In this document: positions 9,638 to 18,889 of the stretch, piece after piece
How positions within the stretch are numbered: position 1 is the first letter of the stretch
How the letters are laid out: the number at the start of each line of letters is the position of its first letter
Origin: Acidobacteriota bacterium
GTDB lineage: Bacteria; Acidobacteriota; UBA6911; RPQK01; JAJDTT01
Length of the DNA: 64,000 nucleotides
NCBI GenBank assembly: GCA_965263035.1
Contig: OZ253580.1
Location: forward strand, 2,432,001 to 2,496,000
Reading direction: 5' to 3'
Made by a program: the position numbers and the translations under genes
Notes under the pieces: model-generated
The model's input: the letters and a program-made list of their open reading frames with translations, nothing else
What the model was told of the DNA's origin: nothing
The model's database searches: none

Positions 9638-10426
9638 CTAAGACCAAAGGAACCCGCGCGATATGATCTCGATCTGCGAGTGGTTCACCGGCACGTCGTA
9701 AGGCTCGATGTTCTCGACGTGGGGCCGAAACCCGACCCGGATTCGACCGAAGCGATACCGCAGGTCGGCGCGAAACGACTCGACCATCTCATGGAGATCG
9801 CGGTCCGTGACGGCGCCGGATGCGCTTTTCCGGACCGTGGGTTCGTCGTCCTGCAGGGGCAGCCGATCCCACTCCTGAGCCAAATCGGAGAACAAGCTCC
9901 GCACGGTCGCCAGCCGGCGGTCCCGATGGGTATCCATCGACTTCTCCTCGGCCACCATCTTCATCATCACCGCTTTCAGCTCGATGACCCGGCGCAGGAA
10001 GACATCCCGCAACTCTTCCCGCTGCAGGACTCGCTCCCGGACCTCTCTCCGATGGCAACGCTGGATAAATTCCTCCCGACTCTCGTTGGGCCTTGAGTAG
10101 AGGTCCAACTCAATATTCTTCCAGATCCGGGACCGATAGCGACGGATCGAGTGATGGATGATCATGCTGTCGGCGAAATCGGGCCAATCCAATTCTCTTG
10201 GGGGATCGAACTCCTCGACCTCGTCCGGATTCACGGGAGTGACCATGTCCGGCGTCCAGTTGAGATCGGCGTCGTCCAACCATTCACCGCAGAAACAGTC
10301 CGAACTGGAGGCCCGGAAATTGGACCTCACGTCCTGGACATCCTGCCGGACCAAGAAAAACAGTGAGGGAGTGGAGACCGCACTCCCGCCAAGTCGTCGA
10401 TAGTGTTTCAAGATGGGTGCCAGCAA
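9638..10426 (-). CDS. Hypothetical protein (start uncertain); resembles the C-terminal region of HerA/DUF87-like ATPases
   Basis: Long ORF co-oriented with mnmA; segment LDLYSRPNESREEFIQRC...RER is recalled from such C-termini (not verified). Confidence 0.5.
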   Translation of the reverse strand: MLAPILKHYRRLGGSAVSTPSLFFLVRQDVQDVRSNFRASSSDCFCGEWLDDADLNWTPDMVTPVNPDEVEEFDPPRELDWPDFADSMIIHHSIRRYRSRIWKNIELDLYSRPNESREEFIQRCHRREVRERVLQREELRDVFLRRVIELKAVMMKMVAEEKSMDTHRDRRLATVRSLFSDLAQEWDRLPLQDDEPTVRKSASGAVTDRDLHEMVESFRADLRYRFGRIRVGFRPHVENIEPYDVPVNHSQIEIISRGFLWS

Positions 10427-10528
10427 CCGCGAATTATAGCACGGGGGTGGACGAGGAAAGAGGAAAGAGACAAGGAGAGAAGAGGGGGGGCGCCTGCTCC
10501 CGGCCAGGGGCCTCGACCGGGCAGAAAC

Positions 10529-10637
10529 TGTCCGAATGATAGACATTCGGTGTCCACTATTTTTACACCTTGTATCTCATTGATATATTTGGACTTTCCT
10601 TGATTTGGGCCGTGATGGGCTGTCAAACTGGTTGACG
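10529..10637. promoter_or_regulatory. Candidate enhancer boxes (TGTC-N9-GACA-like) for a sigma-54 activator
   Basis: Three boxes at 10529-10545, 10551-10567 and 10621-10637, with AT-rich DNA between them and the sigma-54 promoter. Confidence 0.5.
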
Positions 10638-10691
10638 GTCCCAATTTTGGAAGCTCGCCGTAACATCAAGCAATACAACGGTTTTCGTAGT

Positions 10692-10707
10692 TGGCACGGG
10701 TCTTGCT
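10692..10707 (+). promoter_or_regulatory. Sigma-54 (-24/-12) promoter
   Basis: TGGCACG-GGTC-TTGCT matches the TGGCACG-N4-TTGC consensus, 27 nt before the ECF start. Confidence 0.8.
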
Positions 10708-10734
10708 ACAAGAATGCCTCAGAAGGAGGTGTTC

Positions 10735-11307
10735 ATGAGAGCTTGCGCTGCGAAACCGACATCTTGGGAAGGACGGCTGATCTTGGGAGTCCGCGACGGG
10801 GACGAGGGAGCCTTCAGGGAACTCTTCAGGCGCTACCAGGGCAACATCTATGGAACTGCTCTCCGAATCCTCAAGGAGGAGCAGGCTGCCTGGGACGCTC
10901 TGCAGGAAACCTTCGTCAACATTCACAGAGCGTGCCACAAGTTTCGGGGTGACTCCAAGCTGGGCACCTGGATCAACAGAATCACCATCAACGTCTGCCT
11001 GGAGATGCTCCGACGGAACCGGAAGCTTCGCCGCAACTTGGACGGGGACGTTTCGGAATGGGTCCAATTGGAGGACGCTTCCCAGCGGACCCCTTTTGAA
11101 GAACTCCGGCGCACGGAGATCAGGACACGAGTCCGGGCTGCCATTTCGGCCCTCAACGAACGCCACCGCAAGGTGGTCTGGCTGCACGACCTGGAAGGCT
11201 TCACCATCCGCGAAATCGCCGAATCCCTGAAAGTCGCCGAAGGCACGATCAAATCGCGCCTGTTCTACGGCCGGCGCCAACTGCGGCAACGCCTCGAGGC
11301 GGCCTGA
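10735..11307 (+). CDS. ECF RNA polymerase sigma factor (sigma-70 family group 4)
   Basis: AGGAGG RBS; region 2 DALQETF...TWINRITIN; region 4 EIAESLKVAEGTIKSRL. Confidence 0.92.
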   Translation: MRACAAKPTSWEGRLILGVRDGDEGAFRELFRRYQGNIYGTALRILKEEQAAWDALQETFVNIHRACHKFRGDSKLGTWINRITINVCLEMLRRNRKLRRNLDGDVSEWVQLEDASQRTPFEELRRTEIRTRVRAAISALNERHRKVVWLHDLEGFTIREIAESLKVAEGTIKSRLFYGRRQLRQRLEAA

Positions 11308-11395
11308 GCCCCGGCCGCAAAATGCCGCCGCGGCCTCCTCCCCCCGGCCGCGGCGGCTGGGAGGGCGGCTATTCAATGGGCGTCTCCAGACTGTA

Positions 11396-11451
11396 TAGGG
11401 GGGACTCCGTCCCCTTACCCCCCTAATCGGCGACAAGAAAGTCGCCGCTCC
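11396..11451. repeat. Composite REP module
   Basis: GGGGACTCCGTCCCC hairpin plus GGCGACAAGAAAGTCGCCGCTCC abutting the TAA of the response regulator. Confidence 0.8.
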
Positions 11452-12867
11452 TTACCTGGCGGCTCGGTACCGTTTGAGCTTCGAGATAATCGTCTGACGG
11501 CTCACCTGGAGCGCTTCAGCGGCCCGGCTCCGGTTATTGTCATGGACGCGGAGGGCCTCCAGGATGAGCTCGCGTTCCAGTTGCGCCAACCGCTGCTTCA
11601 AGGAACTGTGGTCGGGCCCCGATTCGGGTGGAAAGGAGATCCTCCCCGACAGCGCCGAGGGTGAAATGGGGCGGCCCGGGTCGGCAAGAATGACCAGCCG
11701 CTCCACTTCGTTCTCCAATTCCCGGACATTGCCGGGCCAGGAATAGCCGCGGAGCACTTCCAGTGTCGTTGGATCGAAACGACAGGCGAACTTGTTCAGC
11801 CGTCTGCAGGAACGCTCCAGAAAGAACTGGGCCAGCTCGTCCACGTCCTCCGGCCGGATCCTGAGGGGAGGCACCATGACGGTGAACACGTTGAGGCGGA
11901 AGAAGAGATCCTGCCGAAAGCGGCCTTCGGCGACCTCCCGGGTCAGGTCCCGGTTCGTGGACGCGACCACGCGGACGTCGACCTTCTTGGGAGCTTCCGC
12001 ACCCACCGGAAAGATCTCGCTCTCCTGAAGCGCCCGGAGCAGCTTCACCTGAAGGTCCAGCGGCGCCTCTCCCACCTCGTCCAAAAAAATAGTGCCGCCA
12101 TCGGCCAGTTCGAAGTACCCCTTCTTCTCCCCCGTCGCACCGGTGAAGGCTCCCTTCTTGTGACCGAAAAACGCGCTCTCCACCAGGTCGGCCGGGACGG
12201 CGCCGCAGTTGACCGGCACGAAGGCCTCCTCCGCTCTGGGGCTCCCATCATGGACGTATCGGGCCAGAAGCTCCTTTCCGGTTCCGGTCTCCCCCTGGAG
12301 AAAGACCGTAGAACCGGTGGGGGCCACCCGGTCCAGCAAACGAAGCAGCGCCCTGATGGCTCGGCTGCGGTAAACGAGCCTTGGTTTGGAGTCTTCCAAG
12401 AACTGCTTTTCCTCTCGCAGCTTCAGGTTCTCCGCCTCGAGACGGCTGTTGATCCGGTGGAGCTCCCTTCCGAGACGCTCCTGCTCCCGCTTCAACTCCC
12501 AGCGGCCCAACTCCTGTTTCACCACTTTCCGCAGAGAGTGGGGATCCCAGGGTTTGGTGATGTAACGATGGACGTGCCCCTGATTGATGGCGTCCATCAG
12601 GTCCTCGGACTCGGTGTAGCCGGTGAGGATGATCCGGACCGTGTGGGGCCGGATCTGCAGCGAACGATGCAGCAGTTCCACACCACTCATGGCCGGCATC
12701 CGTTGATCGGTGATGACGGCCGAGACCCCCCTCCGGCGCAGCAAGTCCAAAGCCTCCCGGGCGGAGGAGGCCTCCAGCACCTCGTAATCGTTGATGAAGG
12801 TGCGGCGCAGCTTCTGAAGATTGCCCGCCTCGTCGTCGACCACCAGCAGTGAGTGCCTGTCATTCAT
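11452..12867 (-). CDS. Sigma-54-dependent response regulator (NtrC family)
   Basis: Receiver domain (VVDD, TDQRMP), GETGTGKE, GAFTGA, WPGNVRELEN and Fis-type HTH. Confidence 0.95.
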   Translation of the reverse strand: MNDRHSLLVVDDEAGNLQKLRRTFINDYEVLEASSAREALDLLRRRGVSAVITDQRMPAMSGVELLHRSLQIRPHTVRIILTGYTESEDLMDAINQGHVHRYITKPWDPHSLRKVVKQELGRWELKREQERLGRELHRINSRLEAENLKLREEKQFLEDSKPRLVYRSRAIRALLRLLDRVAPTGSTVFLQGETGTGKELLARYVHDGSPRAEEAFVPVNCGAVPADLVESAFFGHKKGAFTGATGEKKGYFELADGGTIFLDEVGEAPLDLQVKLLRALQESEIFPVGAEAPKKVDVRVVASTNRDLTREVAEGRFRQDLFFRLNVFTVMVPPLRIRPEDVDELAQFFLERSCRRLNKFACRFDPTTLEVLRGYSWPGNVRELENEVERLVILADPGRPISPSALSGRISFPPESGPDHSSLKQRLAQLERELILEALRVHDNNRSRAAEALQVSRQTIISKLKRYRAAR

Positions 12868-14981
12868 GATTTCAGGGGCAGCCGGACGCAGAAACGGGTG
12901 CCGCGTCCCACTTCGCTCTCCACTTCGATGGACCCTTGGTGCTGCTGCACGATCCCATAGCTGATACTCAGGCCCAGTCCCGTGCCCTGACCCACGGCCT
13001 TGGTGGTAAAGAAGGGCTCGAAGACCTTCCCCAGATGTTCCTTCCCGATCCCGGAACCATCGTCCTCGATCTCGATCACCGCCTCTCCGTTATCCGTCGA
13101 AGTCCGGATCCGAATCTCACCACGATCGGGAATGGCCTGACAAGCATTGGAGAGGACGTTCATGAAGACCTGGCTCATGCGCCCCGGGTGGCATTCCACC
13201 GGGGGCACGTCGCCATAGTCCTTCTGAATTCGGATCCGGTCGCGGTATTCGTTGTGCAGCAGGTTCAACGCCAGATCCAAAGGCTCCTGGATCGGAACCC
13301 GCTGCGTCTTGTCCACGTCCATCCTGGAGAAGGTCCTCAGGTCTCCGATGATGGCGTGGATTCGCTCGGCCCCCTCGTCGAAGTTGTCCATCAGGCGGTC
13401 GAGATCCTCGATGACGAAGTCGTAGTTGATGCGCCGCCGCAAGGAATCGAGCCTCTCTCGATCCTCGGGCTTGAGGCCGGAATGGCTATCGTAGAAGTGG
13501 ATCACCTCTTCCAACTTCTGAACGTACTGGCGCAGGAAGTCGGTGTTGCCGTAGATGAAGTTGAGGGGATTCTTGATCTCGTGGGCGATGCCGGCGACCA
13601 GTTGGCCCAGCGACGCCATCTTTTCGCTCTGGACCAGTTGTACCTGGGTGTCCTTGAGTTCCTGATACGCCTTCCGAACTTCCCGGCCGGTCCGCTCCAG
13701 CTCGCTGGTCCTCTTCTTGACCTTCTCTTCCAGGCTTCGATTGAGCTCGATCAGGGCCTGGCTCCGATCCTGAAGCGACTGGGCCATTTCATTGAAGGTC
13801 ACGGCCAACTCGCCGATCTCGTCCCGGGAGGCCACCTGCACCCGCTGGTCCAGCTCGCCGCCGGCCAGCACGCGGGCGCCCCGGGTGAGCCGCTTGACCG
13901 GGATGGTGATGCCCCGCGCGATGGAGTAGGTCAGCAGCCCCACCAGCACGGCGGTCAGCGAGACGGCCCCCAGCAGCACCTGCTTGAGGTCCTGCACGGG
14001 GGCGAAGATGTCTTCGTCGTTGATGCCCACTCCGCAGATCCACTGAAAAAATTCATGATTCACCACCGCCAGACCGCTGATCTTGGAGGTGCCGGGAGGA
14101 TACTCGTAGTAGAAATGGGTGGTTCCGGCGACGATGGCATCCTGGAGGTCATCGAGGCCGTGGTCCTCCACCAGACGCGAGCCGTAGTTGTCCACCAGGG
14201 GGACTCTCCCCCCTCCCGAACCGGGCCGATTCCTCCGGTATTTGTGCCCGATGACGGTATTCACGTCCTTTCCGAAGAGAAAGGCGTATCCGGAGGTCAG
14301 GGAGCGCTGCTCCAGGTCCTCTTCGATCTTGTCCAGGAACGCCTGGACATACTCCCAGTTCATGTAGGCCAGAACCCCTCCCACCACCGCCCCCGTCCCG
14401 GACATGAAGGGGGCCGCGAATCCGATGGATCTCTGGCGGGCGATATCGTCGTCCTGATAGGAATAGAGTTGCCGAATCAGGGGCGAGGCGTGCCAGTCCA
14501 GGTAGCCGAAACGCCCTTGACGGACCTCCTCCAGCCAACTGCCGTCCCCGGTGTAGGAAAGGAGGCTCTGCCCCTGCAGGCGCGCGAGCCGTTCCGGGTC
14601 CAGGCTCACTCCCACGGCGTTCCGGTCGATGCTGCTGGTGGAGAGCACACGGCCCTCCACATCGAACAGCACCAGCAGGTCGTAGACCTCGTGCACCACC
14701 ACCAACTGGTTCAGCAGCAGCGTGGGAGGATCGACTCGCCGGATCAGATAGTCTCCCAGTTCCCGGTGGAGGGTCATGGAGACCGTCTCCTCCTTCTTCT
14801 CCAGGATCGAAAGCCGGATGTTGTCGGCGATGTCCTGGGCGACCTGCTCCAGATAGAGGACGATCCGGTCCTGGGTGATGCGCTCTTTGGCCTGGTGGTA
14901 GGCGAAGGCACAGATGGCGGCCAACGGGATCACCGCCAAGGGGAGAATGAAGAGGACCAGTTTGTGCCGAAGGCTTCTCAC
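12864..14981 (-). CDS. Membrane sensor histidine kinase (Cache/HAMP)
   Basis: Two TM segments, HAMP (DEIGELA), H-box AGIAHEIKNPL, N/G boxes GTGLGLSI; overlaps the regulator start. Confidence 0.93.
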   Translation of the reverse strand: MRSLRHKLVLFILPLAVIPLAAICAFAYHQAKERITQDRIVLYLEQVAQDIADNIRLSILEKKEETVSMTLHRELGDYLIRRVDPPTLLLNQLVVVHEVYDLLVLFDVEGRVLSTSSIDRNAVGVSLDPERLARLQGQSLLSYTGDGSWLEEVRQGRFGYLDWHASPLIRQLYSYQDDDIARQRSIGFAAPFMSGTGAVVGGVLAYMNWEYVQAFLDKIEEDLEQRSLTSGYAFLFGKDVNTVIGHKYRRNRPGSGGGRVPLVDNYGSRLVEDHGLDDLQDAIVAGTTHFYYEYPPGTSKISGLAVVNHEFFQWICGVGINDEDIFAPVQDLKQVLLGAVSLTAVLVGLLTYSIARGITIPVKRLTRGARVLAGGELDQRVQVASRDEIGELAVTFNEMAQSLQDRSQALIELNRSLEEKVKKRTSELERTGREVRKAYQELKDTQVQLVQSEKMASLGQLVAGIAHEIKNPLNFIYGNTDFLRQYVQKLEEVIHFYDSHSGLKPEDRERLDSLRRRINYDFVIEDLDRLMDNFDEGAERIHAIIGDLRTFSRMDVDKTQRVPIQEPLDLALNLLHNEYRDRIRIQKDYGDVPPVECHPGRMSQVFMNVLSNACQAIPDRGEIRIRTSTDNGEAVIEIEDDGSGIGKEHLGKVFEPFFTTKAVGQGTGLGLSISYGIVQQHQGSIEVESEVGRGTRFCVRLPLKS

Positions 14982-15059
14982 GGCGTTCCCTTCAATGTCC
15001 AGTTTATAGACAGTTCAGTGACAAATTCTACAACATTCGGTCTCTGTGTCAACGGACCG

Positions 15060-15240
15060 GTGGGAGCGCGACTTTCTTGTCGCCCACTGGGAGAGCCGGC
15101 TTTCTTGTCGCCCATTGGGAGAGGCGGTTTTCTTGCCGCCTCCTCTTCTTTGTTGCTATGCGATTCTGTAGGCAGCAAGTGTAGAGTGGGGGACTCCGTC
15201 CCCCCTGCCCCCCTGGTCGGCGACAAGAAAGTCGCCGCTC
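15060..15240. repeat. Composite REP module (3 reverse units, linker, GGGG-N7-CCCC hairpin and 1 forward unit)
   Basis: GGGAGCGCGACTTTCTTGTCGCC-type units; last unit GGCGACAAGAAAGTCGCCGCTC precedes intron B1. Confidence 0.85.
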
Positions 15241-15870
15241 GTGCGCCCGACATGGGCTGTATCTAAGGGATGAAAGATCCCAAGGGAGGTGATGGGACCA
15301 ACCCTAGCCGAACCGCAAGGCGTAGCCGCGAGGTGAAGCTGAAGGAAGCGGAAGGCAAACCCACGACCGCAGGAACACGAACCGGCAGCGAGGCCGGGTG
15401 CGGGCGGTGAGCTGGCGAGCAACAGCGAAACCCGAACCCCATCCAGACGTACCAGGTAGAGCCGGGCGGCCCGGGGGGAAAGATGCAGCACCTTACTCGG
15501 GGAGATCTCAAGGGTGAGAGCCTTTGAGAAGTCAGCAGAGGTCATAGTAGCGAAGAAGCCGGATAATGCCGGTGGAGCGAAGGACCGAAGGAGTCGGACG
15601 GGCCCTATGGTGGACTCGTCAGCGGGATCGCAACTACCTCCGGAAACGGGGCGGGGGGAGGCCCCTCGGACCCGGCACGGAAGGCCCAAGGGTGGAACCC
15701 GTCAAGCCGGAAGGGCGGAGATCAAGTCCCAGCGGCGGCGAAAACCGGAAAGAAAGGCCCTTTACGAGGCTCGAAAGAGCCTCGAGTGACTCCAACCGCC
15801 GGATACTGAAAACGGTACGTCCGGTGGTGTGGGAGGGTGCAGGGGCGCAATCCCCTGCACTCGACCCGAT
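15241..15870 (+). mobile_element. ORF-less group IIC intron, family B, copy B1
   Basis: 5' GUGCGCCCGACAUGGG; IIC-like D1-D3 (UGAAGGAAGCGGAAGGCAAAC, AAGUCAGCAGAGGUCAUAGUA); short D5 AACCGCCGGAUACUGAAAACGGUACGUCCGGUGGUG (CGC triad); 3' end CCCGAU; 630 nt, no RT. Confidence 0.92.
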
Positions 15871-15874
15871 CCGT

Positions 15875-16987
15875 TCAGGCGGGTCGGAAGGTCTCGGATC
15901 GAACGGTGATCCGATCGATCCACTCCAGGTCTGGTTCGTAACCGATCCCGGGGTCCGTGGAAGGAGTGATGGTCCCGTCCGAGTCGACTTCGATGGGAGG
16001 ACGAGCCGTGTCCCGATGGAAATAGCGGCGGCTGGCCGAGACGTCTCCGGGGAGAGTGAAGTTCTCCAGAGTGGAGAGAGCCACATTGTGGGCGCGTCCG
16101 ATGCCGGTCTCCAACATCCCTCCGCACCAGACCGGAACGCCTCGGGCCTGGCAGACGTCGTGGACCGCCTTGGCCTCGGTGTGTCCCCCCACACGCCCCA
16201 TCTTGATGTTGACGATGCGGCAGGCTCCCACGGCGATGGCATGGTCCGCGTCCCGCCGGTGGCGAATCGATTCGTCCAGACAGATGGGGGTCCGGAGCCG
16301 GGCCTGGAGCTCGACGTGCCGGAAGACGTCGTCGTACTCCAGGGGCTGCTCCATCATCAGCAGGTTGAACTGGTCCAGTTCCGCCAAGTGGTCGAAGTCG
16401 GCCAAGCCGTAGGCGGAGTTGGCGTCCACCATGAGCGAGATCGTGGGAAAGCGCTGGCGGACGGCGGCCACGATGTCGAGGTCCCAACCCGGCTTGATCT
16501 TGATCTTGATCCGCTGGTATCCCGCCTCCATCTCCTCCTCGATCTTGCGCAGGAGAATGTGGGGGTGATCCTGGATGCCGATGGAGACGCCGCAGGGGAT
16601 CCGGCGATGGCGTCCCCCCAGAAGCTTCCACAGGGGCACTCCCGCCGCCTTGGCCTGGAGATCCCAGAGCGCCGCCTCCAGACCGGCCTTGGCCATGGGA
16701 TGCCCCCGCACCGATCGGACCCAGCCCGGAAACTCGTCCGCCCGGCTGAAGCGGACATCCAGCATCCGAGGGACCAGGAACCGGCTCAGGACCGGCCAGA
16801 CGGTGTCCACCGTCTCATAGCTGAATCCTGGCGCATCGTCGGCGACACACTCACCCCAGCCGGAGAGCCCGTCCGCCCGGACTTCCGCCAATAGGACCCG
16901 GCGGCCGTAGACCCGGCCGAAGCTGGTCTCGAAGAAATGGACGAGAGGAAGGCTGATTTCGCGAACGACAACCCGCTCCAGCTTCAC
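15875..16987 (-). CDS. menC: o-succinylbenzoate synthase / N-acylamino acid racemase (enolase superfamily)
   Basis: FETSFG, RIKIKIKPG, VDANSAY, EQPL, DESI and WCGGMLETGIGRA motifs. Confidence 0.88.
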   Translation of the reverse strand: MKLERVVVREISLPLVHFFETSFGRVYGRRVLLAEVRADGLSGWGECVADDAPGFSYETVDTVWPVLSRFLVPRMLDVRFSRADEFPGWVRSVRGHPMAKAGLEAALWDLQAKAAGVPLWKLLGGRHRRIPCGVSIGIQDHPHILLRKIEEEMEAGYQRIKIKIKPGWDLDIVAAVRQRFPTISLMVDANSAYGLADFDHLAELDQFNLLMMEQPLEYDDVFRHVELQARLRTPICLDESIRHRRDADHAIAVGACRIVNIKMGRVGGHTEAKAVHDVCQARGVPVWCGGMLETGIGRAHNVALSTLENFTLPGDVSASRRYFHRDTARPPIEVDSDGTITPSTDPGIGYEPDLEWIDRITVRSETFRPA

Positions 16988-18603
16988 TCTTTCCGCTTTC
17001 CTCTTTTCTGCTCACTCTCTCCTCTCCTCCCCCATCCCCCTCCCCCGGGGGTCTCGATCCGGATGGCCTGCCCGGCCGTGAGCTGAAGAGACACCTTGCC
17101 GGCGAGGTTTCTACGACGGCCCCGGTCCACCAGGTAGTTCCGGCCCTTCTTCCCGGTCTCTCCTCCGTTGAGTCCGTAGGGAGGGTTGACCCGCCTCTCC
17201 GAGAGGATGGTGGTGGTGCAGTCGGTCAAGGCCTCCAGGGTCCGGACGATTCCATCCCCGCCTCGATACCTGCCCTTGGCGCCAGACCCGGATCTCAATC
17301 GGTACTCCCGAACCCGAAGCGGGAAATCGTACTCCAAGGCTTCGATGGGCGTGTTCAGGGAGTTGGTCATATGGGTGTGCACGCCGCTGTTTCCGTGGCC
17401 GGCCGGGCCGGCCCCCATGCCGCCTCCGATGGTCTCGTAGTAGGAAAAGGGCTTGCCCGTGCCGGGGTGGATCCCGCCGATCGAGATGTTGTTCATGGTG
17501 CCGCTGCTGGCGGCCGGGATCTGGTCGGGAAGGGCTTGGGCCAGGGCCCGGAGCAGGACGTCCACGATCCGCTGGGAGGTCTCCACGTTGCCGCCGGCCG
17601 TCGCCGCCGGAAACCGGGCGTCCACCACGCTTCCCTGCGGCGTGGAGACGCGGACCGAGCGCATCAGCCCGGCGCTGGCCGGAGCATAGTCCGGAGCCAG
17701 ACAGCGGAGAACGTAGTAGACGGCGGACCGGGTGACGGCGCGGACGGCGTTGAGGCAGCCGGGAATCTGGGGAGCCGACCCCGCAAAATCGATCTTCATG
17801 GAATCCCCCGAGACCCGGATGCTGACGCGAATCGGGACCGGCTCCGATCCCTCCTCGGGGCCGCCCTCATCCAACAGGTCCTCGGCCGTGTAGCGGCCGT
17901 CCGGGATCCGGCGAATGGTCTGGCGCATGATCTTCGCCGAATAGTCCTGCAGAGCCCGGCAGTACTCTTCGACCTCGGCTCTCCCGTTCTTTTCGACCAG
18001 CGCCCGCAGCCGCCTGTCGCCGACTCTCAGCGACCCCACCTGGGCGGCCAGATCCCCTTCCCGCTCGAGGGGTGTGCGGACGTTGCTGAGGAAGAGGCGG
18101 AGCAGGTCGACGTTCAATCGGCCCCGCCGGTAGAGCTTGGACGGCGGAATCCGGATTCCCTCCTGAAAGACATCCCGGCTCAGGGGCATGGAGCCGGGGG
18201 ACATTCCCCCCACGTCCGCGTGATGGGCGCGAACGGCCACATGGAAGACGGGGCGGACGAACTTGTCCGAAGGTTCGAACACGGGCGCCACCATGGTGAG
18301 ATCGGGCAGGTGGGTCCCCCCGGCGAAGGGGTCGTTGAGAATCACCACATCGCCCGGCCGCAACGGTTCGTGGTCGAGAGCCGCCTGGACCGACATGGGC
18401 ATGGAGCCCAGATGGACCGGCATATGGTCCCCCATGGCCACCAGTTGCGCCTTCGAGTCGAAGAGCGCGCAGGAATAGTCTCGACGCTCCCTGACGTTGG
18501 AAGAATAGGCGGTGCGGTGGAGCACCGTCCCCATCTCCTCGGGGACCGAGGTCAGAAGATGCCGGTAGACCTCAAGACGGACGGGATGGATACGTTTCGC
18601 CAC
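16984..18603 (-). CDS. Hydantoinase B / 5-oxoprolinase family protein
   Basis: SSNVRERRDYSCALFD, PVHLGSM, NDPFAGGTHLPD, HTHMTNS and ETPGGGGWG; the ORF-track extension to 19245 runs through repeats and ubiA. Confidence 0.9.
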   Translation of the reverse strand: MAKRIHPVRLEVYRHLLTSVPEEMGTVLHRTAYSSNVRERRDYSCALFDSKAQLVAMGDHMPVHLGSMPMSVQAALDHEPLRPGDVVILNDPFAGGTHLPDLTMVAPVFEPSDKFVRPVFHVAVRAHHADVGGMSPGSMPLSRDVFQEGIRIPPSKLYRRGRLNVDLLRLFLSNVRTPLEREGDLAAQVGSLRVGDRRLRALVEKNGRAEVEEYCRALQDYSAKIMRQTIRRIPDGRYTAEDLLDEGGPEEGSEPVPIRVSIRVSGDSMKIDFAGSAPQIPGCLNAVRAVTRSAVYYVLRCLAPDYAPASAGLMRSVRVSTPQGSVVDARFPAATAGGNVETSQRIVDVLLRALAQALPDQIPAASSGTMNNISIGGIHPGTGKPFSYYETIGGGMGAGPAGHGNSGVHTHMTNSLNTPIEALEYDFPLRVREYRLRSGSGAKGRYRGGDGIVRTLEALTDCTTTILSERRVNPPYGLNGGETGKKGRNYLVDRGRRRNLAGKVSLQLTAGQAIRIETPGGGGWGRRGESEQKRGKRKE

Positions 18604-18627
18604 GGCAGCAAAGATAGCAGAGAATGA

Positions 18628-18855
18628 GGAGCGGCGGTTTCCAGCCGCCGGACTCCCAAGGAAACAAGGGGGCGGGCGTGGAGCGGCGGTTTCCAGCCGC
18701 CGGACTCCCAAGGGAACAAGGGGGCCGGCGTGGAGCGGCGGTTTCCAGCCGCCGGACTCCCAAGGGAACGACGGGGCGGGCGTGGAGCGGCGAATAGAAG
18801 AGGGGGCGACTGGAAATCGCCCCTCCTTTGGGCGACAAGGATGTCGCCCCTCCGG
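18628..18855. repeat. Tandem 52-bp REP-containing repeat (3 full copies and 1 partial) plus 2 inverted REP units
   Basis: GGAGCGGCGGTTTCCAGCCGCCGGACTCCCAAGG... starting at 18628, 18680, 18732 and 18784 (partial). Confidence 0.9.
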
Positions 18856-18889
18856 AGTGGGAAACCGGCTGTTATAATCGCGCGCTCTC

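Noticed and set aside
15514-15789. Repeated small ORFs (MRAFEKSAEV..., also at 23997 and 57011; MSKNPCTY... at 4480 and 50236) as a new protein family
   Set aside because: They run across ribozyme domains D1-D5 of the introns, so their recurrence reflects RNA conservation; no RT motifs are present.
18628-18790. CRISPR array
   Set aside because: The intervening sequences are near-identical rather than unique spacers, the repeat is the dispersed REP, and no cas genes are present.
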